Under the pieces are notes generated by a model. That model had not been told where the DNA came from. It did not search any database and worked only from the letters and a program-made list of their open reading frames with translations. Of a DNA stretch of 64,000 nucleotides, positions 19,851 to 30,038 are shown one piece after another. The DNA comes from Bdellovibrionales bacterium (GTDB lineage Bacteria > Bdellovibrionota > Bdellovibrionia > Bdellovibrionales > UBA1609), in NCBI GenBank assembly GCA_965203095.1, contig OZ241877.1, positions 608,001 through 672,000 of the forward strand. Direction: 5' to 3'. The stretch's first letter is position 1. Each line of letters starts with the position of its first letter. A program made the position numbers and the translations under genes.

Positions 19851-20008
19851 TAGTCGTCCGTGAAAAAGCTGGACAAAAAACCTCGTCCTCTTTTTCCTGC
19901 TTTTGTCCAAAGGCCATTCCATGAGGGTCCAAGGTATTGCCGTCCCGAAATGGAATGGTCCTTTAGATAAAAAAAGTTAAAAAAACAAAGGTTTTTCACG
20001 AGCGATTA
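19851..20008. mobile_element. MITE-like element (~158 bp), copy 1
   Basis: Terminal inverted repeats TAGTCGTCCGTGAAAAA ... TTTTTCACGAGCGATTA; near-identical to 37439-37595. Confidence 0.8.
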
Positions 20009-20203
20009 ATTACAGCTGAATTTTCCAGTCAAAATAAAATAGAGAAAGCAGAAATTTTCAAAAAAATGGCATAAATGCAAAGTTTTGTTAAAATTTAGCC
20101 TTTGTGGGCCTTTACTGTTTTTTGACAAAAGGGAAGGCCCAGTTAAAAACTTGTGGCAATATTTTTAATCTTCTCTATAATATCAACTCTAAGGGAGTTT
20201 AAA

Positions 20204-21571
20204 ATGAGCAGAAAAACCATAATGGAACCTTACAAAATAAAGACTGTCCAACCGATTCAAAAAACCACAAGAGAGGACCGCCGTCATGCCCTTCAAAAAG
20301 CTTTTTTGAATTTGTTTTTGATCCCCTCAAAAGATGTCTTGATTGACCTTTTAACAGATTCGGGCACAGGGGCTATGAGCGATAGCCAATGGGGGGCTTT
20401 AATGCAAGGGGATGAATCCTATGCCGGGGCCAAAAGCTTTTTTGAATTTGAAAAAACAGTTCAAGACATTACCGGCCTGCCTTTTGTGATACCCACTCAT
20501 CAGGGTCGCTCAGCAGAGAGAATCCTTTTGAATTATCTAAAATCCCAGGGAGAATATATTGTCTCCAACATGCTTTTTGACACCACAAGAGCTAACGCTG
20601 AGGACATGGGCCTTAAAGTTTTGGATCTCCCCTGCCCGGAATCTTTTGAGGATTTAGAGCACCCCTTTAAAGGGAATATTGATTTGCCGGCTTTAGAGAA
20701 AAGCTTAAAAGAAAAAAATCTGGCCGGAGTTTTAATCAGCATCACTAATAACTCTGGAGGGGGGCAACCTGTTTCTCTAAAAAACCTGCAATCTGCCCAG
20801 AGGCTTTGTAAAAACCATTCTGTCCCTCTGATTTTAGATGCCTGTCGTTTTGCAGAAAATGCTTGGTTTATAAAACAAAGAGAGAAGGCTTTTAAAGGGC
20901 AAAGCCCACAGCAAATCGCCCGTGCGACTTTTGATACAGCGGATATGTGTTTTGTCTCGGCAAAAAAAGATGGCTTGGCTAACATTGGAGGTTTTATTTG
21001 TGTCCGTGACGAATCCTTGAGTCTGTTTTGTAAAAATCGTTTGGTATTGACAGAGGGCTTTCCCACTTATGGAGGGCTGGCAGGAAGAGATCTTTCAGCC
21101 ATTGCCATAGGTTTAAAAGAGGCTTTAGAGCCTTCTTACCTTGAGCAGAGGATAGCCTCTGTATCTCACCTGCATGAGCAGTTAGCTGAAGGGAGCATCC
21201 CTTTACTAAAACCTCCCGGCGGGCATGCTGTTTATATTGATGCTAAAAAACTTTTGCCTCATATTCCTGTATCAGCTTATCCTGGGCAAGCTTTAGTTTC
21301 GGGCTTGTATGAATACTCTGGGATTCGCAGTTGTGAGATTGGTTCTGTAATGTTTGGTAAGACATTAGCCAATGGGGAGAAAACATATCACTCCAAAGAG
21401 TTGGTCCGGCTTTGTTTGCCCCGCCGGGTTTACACTCAGTCCCATATAGATTTTGTGGCGGAATCCATTATTTCCTTTGCTCAAGGGGAGGCCCTTCAGT
21501 TAAAGGGTGTTAAATTTATAAAAGAACCTCCTTTTTTACGCCATTTCACTGGTCATTTTGCATGGATATAA
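20204..21571 (+). CDS. tnaA: Tryptophanase (PLP beta-eliminating lyase)
   Basis: Motifs IDLLTDSGT, GDESYAG, PTHQGR, SAKKD and EGFPTYGGL. GIRSCEIG and LRHFT favour tryptophanase over tyrosine phenol-lyase (ERG/LRFFT). Start placed at the SD-preceded ATG 20204. Confidence 0.85.
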   Translation: MSRKTIMEPYKIKTVQPIQKTTREDRRHALQKAFLNLFLIPSKDVLIDLLTDSGTGAMSDSQWGALMQGDESYAGAKSFFEFEKTVQDITGLPFVIPTHQGRSAERILLNYLKSQGEYIVSNMLFDTTRANAEDMGLKVLDLPCPESFEDLEHPFKGNIDLPALEKSLKEKNLAGVLISITNNSGGGQPVSLKNLQSAQRLCKNHSVPLILDACRFAENAWFIKQREKAFKGQSPQQIARATFDTADMCFVSAKKDGLANIGGFICVRDESLSLFCKNRLVLTEGFPTYGGLAGRDLSAIAIGLKEALEPSYLEQRIASVSHLHEQLAEGSIPLLKPPGGHAVYIDAKKLLPHIPVSAYPGQALVSGLYEYSGIRSCEIGSVMFGKTLANGEKTYHSKELVRLCLPRRVYTQSHIDFVAESIISFAQGEALQLKGVKFIKEPPFLRHFTGHFAWI

Positions 21572-21578
21572 ATGATTT

Positions 21579-22187
21579 ATGTTGAATACACTTTATAAAC
21601 TTCCCAAGGCCCTTTTGGCCAGCCTTTTTATAGGGGGCGGAATTTTGTTTATTATTATGAACGACCCTCCTCATCATTTTTGCGACAGTCAAATTGAGCA
21701 TTTTAAAAAGGTTCAGAAGGGGCTCCTCTTTGATAATTCTGAAGATTTTCGGAAAGAAAAAAAGATTTTAAAAAGAAAGCAGACCCTTTGCAAAAAAGAG
21801 AACACTCCCGGAGCTTGTTATGAGTATTTTGCCTATTTAAAAAAAATATTAAGGGGCTTTGATCTTATTTCCCAGGACTGTCTATCTTTGGTTTATTCCC
21901 AACCGGAGGTGAAGGGAGCCTTTTCTTCCGCCCTTATGCTGATGACAGCTGTGGCTTGGAGGGAAGAGGCTTTGACTGGCCGAGTGAGCCGATACCACTG
22001 GCTGACCCGATCGGATTTGTATTTGTTTTGTGAAGTGAAAAACAAATACATCATGCAATATGGACAGGACAGCTATCAGTTGTTGGAAAATCAAATTTTA
22101 AAGCTTTTACCTGTTTCAAAAAAAGTGCCCATTCAGCAGTTGATGAAAAAAACCATTTTGCATGAATCCTGCTTAGCTTATAGATAA
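21579..22187 (+). CDS. Hypothetical membrane-anchored protein
   Basis: N-terminal TM helix and several Cys; 7 nt after tnaA. Confidence 0.65.
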   Translation: MLNTLYKLPKALLASLFIGGGILFIIMNDPPHHFCDSQIEHFKKVQKGLLFDNSEDFRKEKKILKRKQTLCKKENTPGACYEYFAYLKKILRGFDLISQDCLSLVYSQPEVKGAFSSALMLMTAVAWREEALTGRVSRYHWLTRSDLYLFCEVKNKYIMQYGQDSYQLLENQILKLLPVSKKVPIQQLMKKTILHESCLAYR

Positions 22188-22334
22188 TTCTCAGTAAAAA
22201 AACCTACACTTTTAATAGAAAAAAGATATAGAGATTTTAAAAGATGGACAAAACCGCTTTGATAAAGAGCTTAAAGAAAGAAAAGCTGGATCAGATTTTA
22301 GAAAAACAACAAAAATAAGGTGTTTAGTAGTGTA

Positions 22335-22601
22335 TTATTTATATTTGAAAGGTTTATGAGATATCATCTCTGGTCGCCCAAAATCGTCAAAAGATTGAAA
22401 ATGGGTGGGAAGAAGACCCAAATTTCTGGCTTTTTTAATGGCCTTTTTCATTAACCTTTCCTGCTTGCTGGTTAAGCCATTAGTTCGAGCTGGGGTGATT
22501 TTTGCCCCTTCAATAAAGCCGTAAAGGGATAATGGGTCTTTATAATCAAAATGAAGATGATGACGGCTTTGTTTAACTGGCTTTTTTTTCTCAAACAACA
22601 A
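22335..22601 (-). CDS. rpsR: 30S ribosomal protein bS18 (divergent, Cys-free)
   Basis: DYKD..L..FI..AKI.PAR..GL..KQ.R....AIKKAR.LGLLP. Confidence 0.85.
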   Translation of the reverse strand: MLFEKKKPVKQSRHHLHFDYKDPLSLYGFIEGAKITPARTNGLTSKQERLMKKAIKKARNLGLLPTHFQSFDDFGRPEMISHKPFKYK

Positions 22602-22823
22602 AATGATCTCCTATTTCAGCTCTTTAAACCTATTTTTTAGGGAAAAGTCAATCCTCTCTTGATAATTTTTTAAAAAAATAGAAAAAGCCTTAGTTTTCTC
22701 ACTATGACAGCAAACTTCCAGTAATAAAAACACAATTTTTATTTGCTATATCAAAAAAAAAATGATAAGTGGAATGAAATTTTTACTTTTTTAAGGTAAA
22801 ATAACTTTTAAGAGGATAAGCCG

Positions 22824-23123
22824 ATGGCCAGTTGTGAATTGAGCGGGAAAGCTCCTGTAGTTAAAAATTTAGTGAGTCACTCTAACATTAAGACCAAATC
22901 CAAAGCTTTGCCCAATATTCAATCTAAAAAATTTTTTAGCTCTCGCCTCAAGCAGTTTTTTAAATTAAAAGTAGCTGTGAGTGCTATTCGGAATGTAGAT
23001 AAGGTGGGTGGTTTTGACCTATTTATTGTCCAGCAAAAAGACAGCTTGCTCTCTCCTAAGGCTTTAAAAATTAAAAAGCAAATTTTAAAAAAAAGAAAGG
23101 TCAGTCATGAAGTTAAAAATTAA
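22824..23123 (+). CDS. rpmB: 50S ribosomal protein bL28
   Basis: CELSGK.P...N.VSHSNIKTK...PNIQ. Confidence 0.92.
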   Translation: MASCELSGKAPVVKNLVSHSNIKTKSKALPNIQSKKFFSSRLKQFFKLKVAVSAIRNVDKVGGFDLFIVQQKDSLLSPKALKIKKQILKKRKVSHEVKN

Positions 23124-23379
23124 AGTGGGAGACGAAGTTCAGGTCACTGCTGGAAGTGATAAAGGGCGAAAAGGTTCTGTTTTAGAGATTCAGCCCATTC
23201 AACAAAAAATACGGATTAAAAATGTTCGTGTTCAAACCTGTTTTGATAAAGAAAAAGGGATTCAAAAGCGAGAGGGCTTTATTCATTACTCTAATGTGAA
23301 ACTTGTCAAAAAAGCTGAAACCAAAGCCTATAAAAAATCTAAAAAGAATTCTGGCAAACAGGGAAGGCTTTTTCGCTAA
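23107..23379 (+). CDS. rplX: 50S ribosomal protein uL24
   Basis: KOW motif KIKVGDEVQVTAGSDKGRKG and GI..REG.IHYSNVKL. Confidence 0.88.
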   Translation: MKLKIKVGDEVQVTAGSDKGRKGSVLEIQPIQQKIRIKNVRVQTCFDKEKGIQKREGFIHYSNVKLVKKAETKAYKKSKKNSGKQGRLFR

Positions 23380-23702
23380 TGATATTCAGTTTTATCAGCT
23401 GGGCTTATTTTTCTTTTCAGGCCGGTTGGGCTTTGGAGCTACCGGTTAAAAACTATTTTTTTTGTTTGCGGGAAAAGGCCATCGCGGTAGAATCCCGAAC
23501 TATTAGAGTGCAGGAGTTTCCCGAAAAGGAAAATTTTTGTGCTGTAATTTACTCTGTTAAAGGTCAAGACAAAATAGTGGCACAAGGGCGATGGCTTGCT
23601 TTTTGTGAAAAGGCGGCAAAAAAATTAAAAACCCGCCTTCAGCAAAACTTGTGGAAGTGCAACCAAAAAACTAAAGTTCAAGTTTTTTACTCTTCTTCAT
23701 AA
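23379..23702 (+). CDS. Hypothetical exported protein
   Basis: Overlaps the rplX stop; signal-like N-terminus and four Cys. Confidence 0.6.
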   Translation: MIFSFISWAYFSFQAGWALELPVKNYFFCLREKAIAVESRTIRVQEFPEKENFCAVIYSVKGQDKIVAQGRWLAFCEKAAKKLKTRLQQNLWKCNQKTKVQVFYSSS

Positions 23703-25550
23703 AGAGAAGTGCTTGTTTTTAAAAGCTTCTCTCCCTCTATAAAACCCCTCTTGCCCTAATTCCTCCTCTATACGAAGCAAGCGGTTGTATTTTGCTGTTC
23801 TCTCCCCTCGCGACACACTGCCGGCTTTAATCTGCTCTGTGCCCCAAGCTACAGACAGATCGGCAATGCTACTGTCTTCCGTCTCACCACTCCTGTGGGA
23901 CATAATGCAGGAAAAACCGGCGGACTTGGCTTTTAAAACCGCCGCTTGGCTTTCTGTAATAGTGCCCGCCTGATTAAATTTCACAAGTAAAGCATTGCCT
24001 GCCCCCTGTTCAACCCCCTTTTTTACACGGTCTTTTTGACTCACGAATAGGTCATCCCCCACAAGCTGAATTTTTTTTCCCAATTTTTTAGTCATTCGCC
24101 CCCACCCTCCCCAATCCTCCTCTGCTAAACCATCCTCTATACTGATAAGGGGATACTGCTGGGACCACTTTTCATAAATGGATATCATCTGATCGCTATT
24201 TAGAGACTTCCCTTCAAAATGATAGCATTGATTTTTATAAAATCCCGAAGAGGCACAATCTAAAGCTAAGGCCATTTTTCCCGTATAAGAACATTTTTCT
24301 ATAGCGGATAAGATCAGGTCAAAAGCCTGAGTGGAAGAAGAAAGTGCCGGAGCAAAGCCCCCTTCATCCCCTACAGAGGTAGAAAAACCCTTGGATTTTA
24401 GCTGGCCCTTCAAATGATGAAACACCTCGCAACCGGCCCTTAAGGCGGATTTAAAAGATTCAAAACCAAAAGGAACTATCATAAATTCCTGAATGTCCAT
24501 ATTGCCCCCTCCGTGAAGGCCACCATTGATAACATTCATTAAAGGAACAGGAAGAAAGAGATCCTGCCCCTTAAGTGCCGCATGCTCATAAAGTGGTTTT
24601 TTAACGGCACAGGCCGCTCCTTTTAAACAAGCCAGAGAAATACCTATTAAAGTGTTGGCCCCTAAACGAGCTTTTAGTGGGCTGGCATCTTTTGTCAAAA
24701 GAGTTTTGTCAATCATCGCCTGATTTTGTATATCTTGGCCCTTTAGGGCGGGCAAAAGTGAGCGAACATTTTGGCAAGCTTTTTTTAAACCCTTAGAGAA
24801 AAAATACTGAGGATCCTCATCTCTTAGCTCTTTGGCTTCATACTGGCCTTTAGAAGCTCCACTGGGCACAGATCCTCTACCTAAAAATCCATCTTCAGTT
24901 AAAACATCCACCTCTAAGGCCGGTGTGCCCCGGCTGTCAATGATCTCTCTGGCTTTTAAATCAGATATAATGTTGGACTGAAAAGCACTTTTTAAACCAA
25001 TTAAAGGGAGAGGTAAAGTCCGTTCCCTTTCATGATAAATTTTCACTATCTCACTTTCCCAGTTCACCTCCGTTGGATCTTGGCCTAAGAAAACAGGAAG
25101 AGTCTCTAACACGGATTGCAAATAATCCCTCACTGTGGAGTATTTGGCTTTATTGAAATCCGTTTTAAAGGAGAAAAAATCCTTCCCGTCCGCCTTCCCG
25201 TAAATGGACATATTAGGGGATACAAAAAAACTCAAAAATTTGTCTATTTTATTATAAATGGCTTTGGGACTGTTAAAAAAATGAAGAGAACCCTCTAAAC
25301 CACCCCAAGATTTTAAATGGGGGGCATTATGCCCCACGGTGGCCACCAGATCTTTGTCTATAAATCTCTGCTGATAAGCCCTTCGAATATTCCTCAACAA
25401 GAGTTCCACTTGCTCCGCATCCATCCAAGAGTGGGGGTCGCGGATAAAATCAATTTCTAAAGGAGTCATTTCAAAAAACCGGCTGGTATCTAATTCATAC
25501 CGGCTCAAAAAAGTGAAAAAAGAGTTGGTGATTTTCCCGCTAAAGTGCAT
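23697..25550 (-). CDS. eno: Enolase with ~190-aa N-terminal extra domain
   Basis: Motifs AREIIDSRG.P, VPSGAS.G..EA.ELRD, DIQEFMI, GDEGG, GDDLF, SHRSGETED and KYNRLLRIEEEL. Confidence 0.92.
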   Translation of the reverse strand: MHFSGKITNSFFTFLSRYELDTSRFFEMTPLEIDFIRDPHSWMDAEQVELLLRNIRRAYQQRFIDKDLVATVGHNAPHLKSWGGLEGSLHFFNSPKAIYNKIDKFLSFFVSPNMSIYGKADGKDFFSFKTDFNKAKYSTVRDYLQSVLETLPVFLGQDPTEVNWESEIVKIYHERERTLPLPLIGLKSAFQSNIISDLKAREIIDSRGTPALEVDVLTEDGFLGRGSVPSGASKGQYEAKELRDEDPQYFFSKGLKKACQNVRSLLPALKGQDIQNQAMIDKTLLTKDASPLKARLGANTLIGISLACLKGAACAVKKPLYEHAALKGQDLFLPVPLMNVINGGLHGGGNMDIQEFMIVPFGFESFKSALRAGCEVFHHLKGQLKSKGFSTSVGDEGGFAPALSSSTQAFDLILSAIEKCSYTGKMALALDCASSGFYKNQCYHFEGKSLNSDQMISIYEKWSQQYPLISIEDGLAEEDWGGWGRMTKKLGKKIQLVGDDLFVSQKDRVKKGVEQGAGNALLVKFNQAGTITESQAAVLKAKSAGFSCIMSHRSGETEDSSIADLSVAWGTEQIKAGSVSRGERTAKYNRLLRIEEELGQEGFYRGREAFKNKHFSL

Positions 25551-25621
25551 ACTTATAACTTAGCCATGAAAACGAAAAAAGTCAATTTTCTTTAAAAGAC
25601 CTTTCTCTTCCCAAGATAATT

Positions 25622-26245
25622 ATGAGTTGGCCCAATATGGATTTTCGTTCTTTTTCCCCTCAACCGGTTGTGGGTGTGGACGAAGCCGGGCGAGGTTGCT
25701 TAGCTGGGCCTGTTTTTGCAGGAGCGGTCATTTTGAACTTCCCTCAACTGTTTAAAGACTCCAAGCAAATCAGTGCAAAACAAAGACAAATTATGGCTGA
25801 AGAAATTAAAAAACAGCACCGTTTTTCCATTGGAACAGCCAGTGTGCAAGAAATTGAAACACTCAATATTCATCAAGCGAGCCTGCTGGCTATGAAAAGG
25901 GCTGTGGAGGGGCTGAACCTCACTCAAGGCCATATTCTTGTTGACGGGGCATTCCCTATCCCCTCACTACCCCATATATCTCAAACCCCTATTATCCAAG
26001 GAGATAGAAGGTTTGCCCCTATCTCTGCAGGAGGGATTTTGGCAAAAACAGAAAGGGATAAGTTGCTTTTAAAATATAGCCAACAGTATCCTCAATACGG
26101 TTTTGAAAAGCATAAAGGCTATGCAACAAAAAGCCATAGAGAGGCTGTAAAAAAATATGGCCCCTGTCCTATTCACAGGAAAAGTTTTTCTAAGGTTAAG
26201 GAGTTTATAAATTCAGATCAGATGATACTGGACCACAAAATATAG
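25622..26245 (+). CDS. rnhB: Ribonuclease HII
   Basis: Motifs GVDEAGRGCLAGPV, DSK and HKGYAT..H. Confidence 0.95.
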   Translation: MSWPNMDFRSFSPQPVVGVDEAGRGCLAGPVFAGAVILNFPQLFKDSKQISAKQRQIMAEEIKKQHRFSIGTASVQEIETLNIHQASLLAMKRAVEGLNLTQGHILVDGAFPIPSLPHISQTPIIQGDRRFAPISAGGILAKTERDKLLLKYSQQYPQYGFEKHKGYATKSHREAVKKYGPCPIHRKSFSKVKEFINSDQMILDHKI

Positions 26246-26559
26246 GGCTTCTGGCACTTTAAGCACCGCCAGGGCCACAGGATAATCTTTTGAGAAAGGC
26301 TTTGGATTATTTTTTAAAGTGCTGATCAATTTTAGATTCAAGCTTATCAATCTTTTTGTTTGTGTCTGTTATATGATTGGTTCATGGGTATTCTCAATAT
26401 AAGATTTTGTAAGAAAGCTTTGTTTTCAATGCTTTTAAACTTTTTTTCTTCCTCAATGGGCGAACTCAGGAAAAAAAATAGGAAATTTTTTCACTGAGCT
26501 TGATTTTTTGTATTTTTTTGCTTATCTATTTAACCGTTTCAATCAGCAGGAGGAAAATT

Positions 26560-27396
26560 ATGAAGATTATCTTAATTATTGGTGCTTTTATTTTTGCTGA
26601 GATGTTTTTCAGCAAGTCAGCTCTTGGTTCAAGCTCATGTATAGATGCATGTCCAGAGGAAAAAGAAGACAATAGTCAGAACGAAACAAACGAAGAGGTT
26701 TTGTTTTCTGCTATCCATTCAGGGGACTTATCAGCTGTTCAGGCTGTTTTAGAAAAAGGAGTGAATATAGAGGCCAGAGATGAAAAAGACCGGACCCCTT
26801 TGCATGTAGCCAGTCTCTTGGGGTATCCAGAAGTTATCCGTATTTTATTGGACGCGGGAGCAGATATAGAGGCCAGAGATGAAAAACACTACTGGACCCC
26901 TCTGTTGATGGCCAGCTTTTTGGGACATCCAGAAGTTGTCCAAACTTTAATAGAGGCAGGAGCCAACATAAATGCTGAAGATGATTATGGAAAGACCCCT
27001 TTGTATGTCGCCAGCCATAAGCAGAAATTAAAAGTTGTCCGTATTTTATTGGACGCAGGAGCCAACACAGAGATCGCAGGAGGTATGGGTCTAGTAGCGT
27101 CCACCCCTTTGCTGATAGCCAGTCTCTTAGGGCATTCAGAAATTGTCCGAGCTTTATTGGACGGAGGAGCCAACATAAATGCTGAAGATAGTTCTGGAAA
27201 TACCCCTTTGCATGTCGCCAGCATACAAGGGAATGTAATAGTTGTCCGTATTTTATTATCAGCAGGAGCAGACATAGAGGCTGAAGATAATTTTGGAAAG
27301 ACCGCTTTAGAACGAAGCAAAAACAAAAGGGTTATCCAAATTTTAAAGCAAAGGGGAGCAAGAGAGACCACAAGCTGGTGGGACTTTCTTTTTTAA
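26560..27396 (+). CDS. Secreted ankyrin-repeat protein
   Basis: Repeated TPLH.AS..G..EVVRILL.AGA.I.A.D units and a signal peptide; AGGAGG SD before ATG 26560. Confidence 0.9.
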   Translation: MKIILIIGAFIFAEMFFSKSALGSSSCIDACPEEKEDNSQNETNEEVLFSAIHSGDLSAVQAVLEKGVNIEARDEKDRTPLHVASLLGYPEVIRILLDAGADIEARDEKHYWTPLLMASFLGHPEVVQTLIEAGANINAEDDYGKTPLYVASHKQKLKVVRILLDAGANTEIAGGMGLVASTPLLIASLLGHSEIVRALLDGGANINAEDSSGNTPLHVASIQGNVIVVRILLSAGADIEAEDNFGKTALERSKNKRVIQILKQRGARETTSWWDFLF

Positions 27397-27411
27397 CAAA
27401 GAAACTTATTT

Positions 27412-28707
27412 TTAAGCCGCTTTCAAGATTTTTTGATAAACATGAGGCTTAAAAAACTCAGAGACCAACCGTTCAGAATTTTTGATCTCCTCTATGGAAA
27501 AAGTCCTCATACTGAGACCTACAAAAACCAACTTTAACTCCTGTTTTTCATCTTTTATTGGAATAGCTGTAATGTGTTCAGAGTATTTCTCCCAACCTAT
27601 TTTATTAAAAAACTTTTTGTGGGCCGGAGTATCCACAATAAAACCATGATAGGGATGGCCTTTTCGAACCATTTTAAATAAAGAATGATCGTTCAGATCC
27701 GCAAGCTCTTCGTCTTTTTGATCCACCTGCATCCTTCCAAACCAAGACAAAGGGTAAATTTTGTCTTGTTTGACTGCTAAAAGCATAGCCGAGCAAAAGA
27801 GAGATTTCGTCTTTAACCACAAGTCATCATAGTTAGGAGTCTGAACCTGAACTGTTGTAATTTGAGTTTTTGAGTTTTCTAAATAGGCAGAGCTTTCAGA
27901 AGAGCGATCTTTTTGAGCTTGAGACTGAAAATTACCCATAATCAAGTTATCATTTGTCTCTTGAGGGGAACGGCCGGGGAAAGTGGCTTGTTCTACCTCA
28001 GTAAGCCTCTCTTCCTCCTGCTCTGGGAATAAATCTTGGGCTTTTAATTGGGGACCATCTGTTTTCCCATGATCTTGATCGCTTGAAGTAGCCTTTTTAA
28101 AAACAGGAATAGAAGGTTGCTGGGTAAAAGGCTCTCCTAAAGGATGTTTATGCCCTGGAGAAGTTTTAGCAGAAAAAGCCTGATCTTGAGCAATAACTGT
28201 TTCTTCTTCTGAACGAGGAGGGCTATCCTTCACTTTTGAAGGCTTGCTCGTATGCAGTGAGGAAGGGGAAACTTCATCCTTCTTAATGGTTTTAGTCAGC
28301 TCACTGGTGAATCCATGGATAAGCTTTAAAGCTTGATAACTAACCAAAACATGACGACATTTAAAGGGAAAGCTTTCTTCCTTTTCTGCCGTGCCCTCCA
28401 CTGAACCAACAAAAACAATATCTCTCCAACAAGCTACTGGCAAAAATTCCGGTGTCCAATTTGACAGATCTTTTATCTCTTCCCACTGTTTTTTAGGCAT
28501 TAGATTTTGCTCAAAAAACATATCCTGTAGAAAAGGTATCTTATAGTATTCCACAGCCCATTCAAAATAGAGATTTGAGGGGATCAGGTTGTTTTTTAAA
28601 GACCAAAAGGTAAAACTCTCACCATGGCCTTCAGTTTGCCATTTTATAAAATCCTTTGATGAGATTTTTAGATTTTCTGTCCAAGGATAACTTTTTATCG
28701 TTTCCAT
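27412..28707 (-). CDS. Hypothetical protein
   Basis: 431-aa ORF with a low-complexity central linker; no motif recognised with confidence. Confidence 0.65.
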   Translation of the reverse strand: METIKSYPWTENLKISSKDFIKWQTEGHGESFTFWSLKNNLIPSNLYFEWAVEYYKIPFLQDMFFEQNLMPKKQWEEIKDLSNWTPEFLPVACWRDIVFVGSVEGTAEKEESFPFKCRHVLVSYQALKLIHGFTSELTKTIKKDEVSPSSLHTSKPSKVKDSPPRSEEETVIAQDQAFSAKTSPGHKHPLGEPFTQQPSIPVFKKATSSDQDHGKTDGPQLKAQDLFPEQEEERLTEVEQATFPGRSPQETNDNLIMGNFQSQAQKDRSSESSAYLENSKTQITTVQVQTPNYDDLWLKTKSLFCSAMLLAVKQDKIYPLSWFGRMQVDQKDEELADLNDHSLFKMVRKGHPYHGFIVDTPAHKKFFNKIGWEKYSEHITAIPIKDEKQELKLVFVGLSMRTFSIEEIKNSERLVSEFFKPHVYQKILKAA

Positions 28708-28748
28708 ATTTATTTTTTCGGCTTTTTGAGCTAAAAACTTAAATAATT

Positions 28749-29909
28749 ATGTTTAATTTTTCCCGTTCTCGCGTTTATTTGGACTATAATGCCACAACAG
28801 CCCCCGCAAAAGAGGCCATTAAAAGTGCGAAAAAAGCTATGAAATTTTGGGGGAACCCCAGCAGTGTCCATCAAGATTCCAGAATGGCCAAAGCCTTGCT
28901 ATGGACTGCTCGCCAAAACCTCAGCCAGCTCCTGCATTGTCACCCTTTAGAGATTATTTTCACCAGCGGGGCCAGCGAATCCAATAATCATGCGATAAAG
29001 AGCCTGTTTCAAAATCCTCCAAAAAAACGGGGGGAATTGTTGATCTCCTCTGTGGAGCATCCCAGTATTTTGTCTCCGGCGGATTTTTTGGCCCAACAAG
29101 GTATCAAAGTTCATAAAATTCCTGTCTCAAAAAAAGGCTTTTTGGATGAGGATTTTTTTGAAGAGCGACTGAGTGAAAAAACTCTTTTGGTTTCCATAAT
29201 GACTGCTAATAATGAGACTGGCACATTGTTCCCCATCCCAAAATGGGTTCAAAAAGCCCATGAAAAAGGAGCTTTATTCCACAGCGATATGGCTCAAGTT
29301 TTAGGGAAAACAGCCATCCATCTCAAAAATTGGGATGTGGATTTGGCCAGTTTTTCTGCCCATAAATTTTACAGCTTAAAAGGTTGCGGGATTCTTTACT
29401 GTAAAAAAGGAGTGGAATTACAGCCCCTGATCCACGGAGGGCCTCAAGAAAGGCAAAGAAGGGCGGGAACAGAAAATCTCCCCAGTATCTCCGCCTTTGG
29501 TGCTGTCGCGAAAAAAGGCCAGAACATTGAACAAAAAAACCAAAGGCTCAAGTCCTTAAGAGATAGTATGGAGAAAAATATATTATCCGCTATCCCCAAT
29601 GCTCAAGTGGTGGGTTTTGAGGCCCCCAGGCTAAACAACACCTCTTGTATGATTTTCCCTGGTATTGAAGGGGAGACTCTGCTTATGAATTTAGATTTGA
29701 AGGGAATTTCTGTTAGTGTGGGGTCTGCTTGTGGTTCCGGCAAAATGGAATCCAGTAGAGTTTTAAAATCTATGGGCTACTCTGAAGAGATGGTCCGTAG
29801 TGCTGTTAGAGTGAGCCTCGGATGGGATAGCACTAAAAAACAAGTGACATACTTCCAAAAAATCTTGATAGAGTGTGTCCATCGGCTAAGCCAACTGGCT
29901 CAACATTGA
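28749..29909 (+). CDS. iscS: Cysteine desulfurase (IscS/NifS class)
   Basis: Motifs YLDYNATT, GNPSSVH, FTSGASESNN, SAHKF and GSAC.SG. Confidence 0.9.
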   Translation: MFNFSRSRVYLDYNATTAPAKEAIKSAKKAMKFWGNPSSVHQDSRMAKALLWTARQNLSQLLHCHPLEIIFTSGASESNNHAIKSLFQNPPKKRGELLISSVEHPSILSPADFLAQQGIKVHKIPVSKKGFLDEDFFEERLSEKTLLVSIMTANNETGTLFPIPKWVQKAHEKGALFHSDMAQVLGKTAIHLKNWDVDLASFSAHKFYSLKGCGILYCKKGVELQPLIHGGPQERQRRAGTENLPSISAFGAVAKKGQNIEQKNQRLKSLRDSMEKNILSAIPNAQVVGFEAPRLNNTSCMIFPGIEGETLLMNLDLKGISVSVGSACGSGKMESSRVLKSMGYSEEMVRSAVRVSLGWDSTKKQVTYFQKILIECVHRLSQLAQH

Positions 29910-30038
29910 GTGGGAATCCCTACCCATAAAGCAAATAAAGTTTTTTGTCTAAAATTTTCACAAAAACAGAATATTTTACAAATTAAGAAAAAATAAGTTT
30001 ACAAATTCCATAAAAAAAATTTATTATGAATAAACATA

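Noticed and set aside
19722..19922. N-terminal 67 aa of the 766-aa ORF, and the 37348-37575 ORF
   Set aside because: Both start in or are read from the MITE-like repeat; the signal peptide begins at 19721.
29910..30038. Cobalamin riboswitch upstream of the BtuB-like receptor
   Set aside because: The region is short and AT-rich and lacks B12-box motifs.
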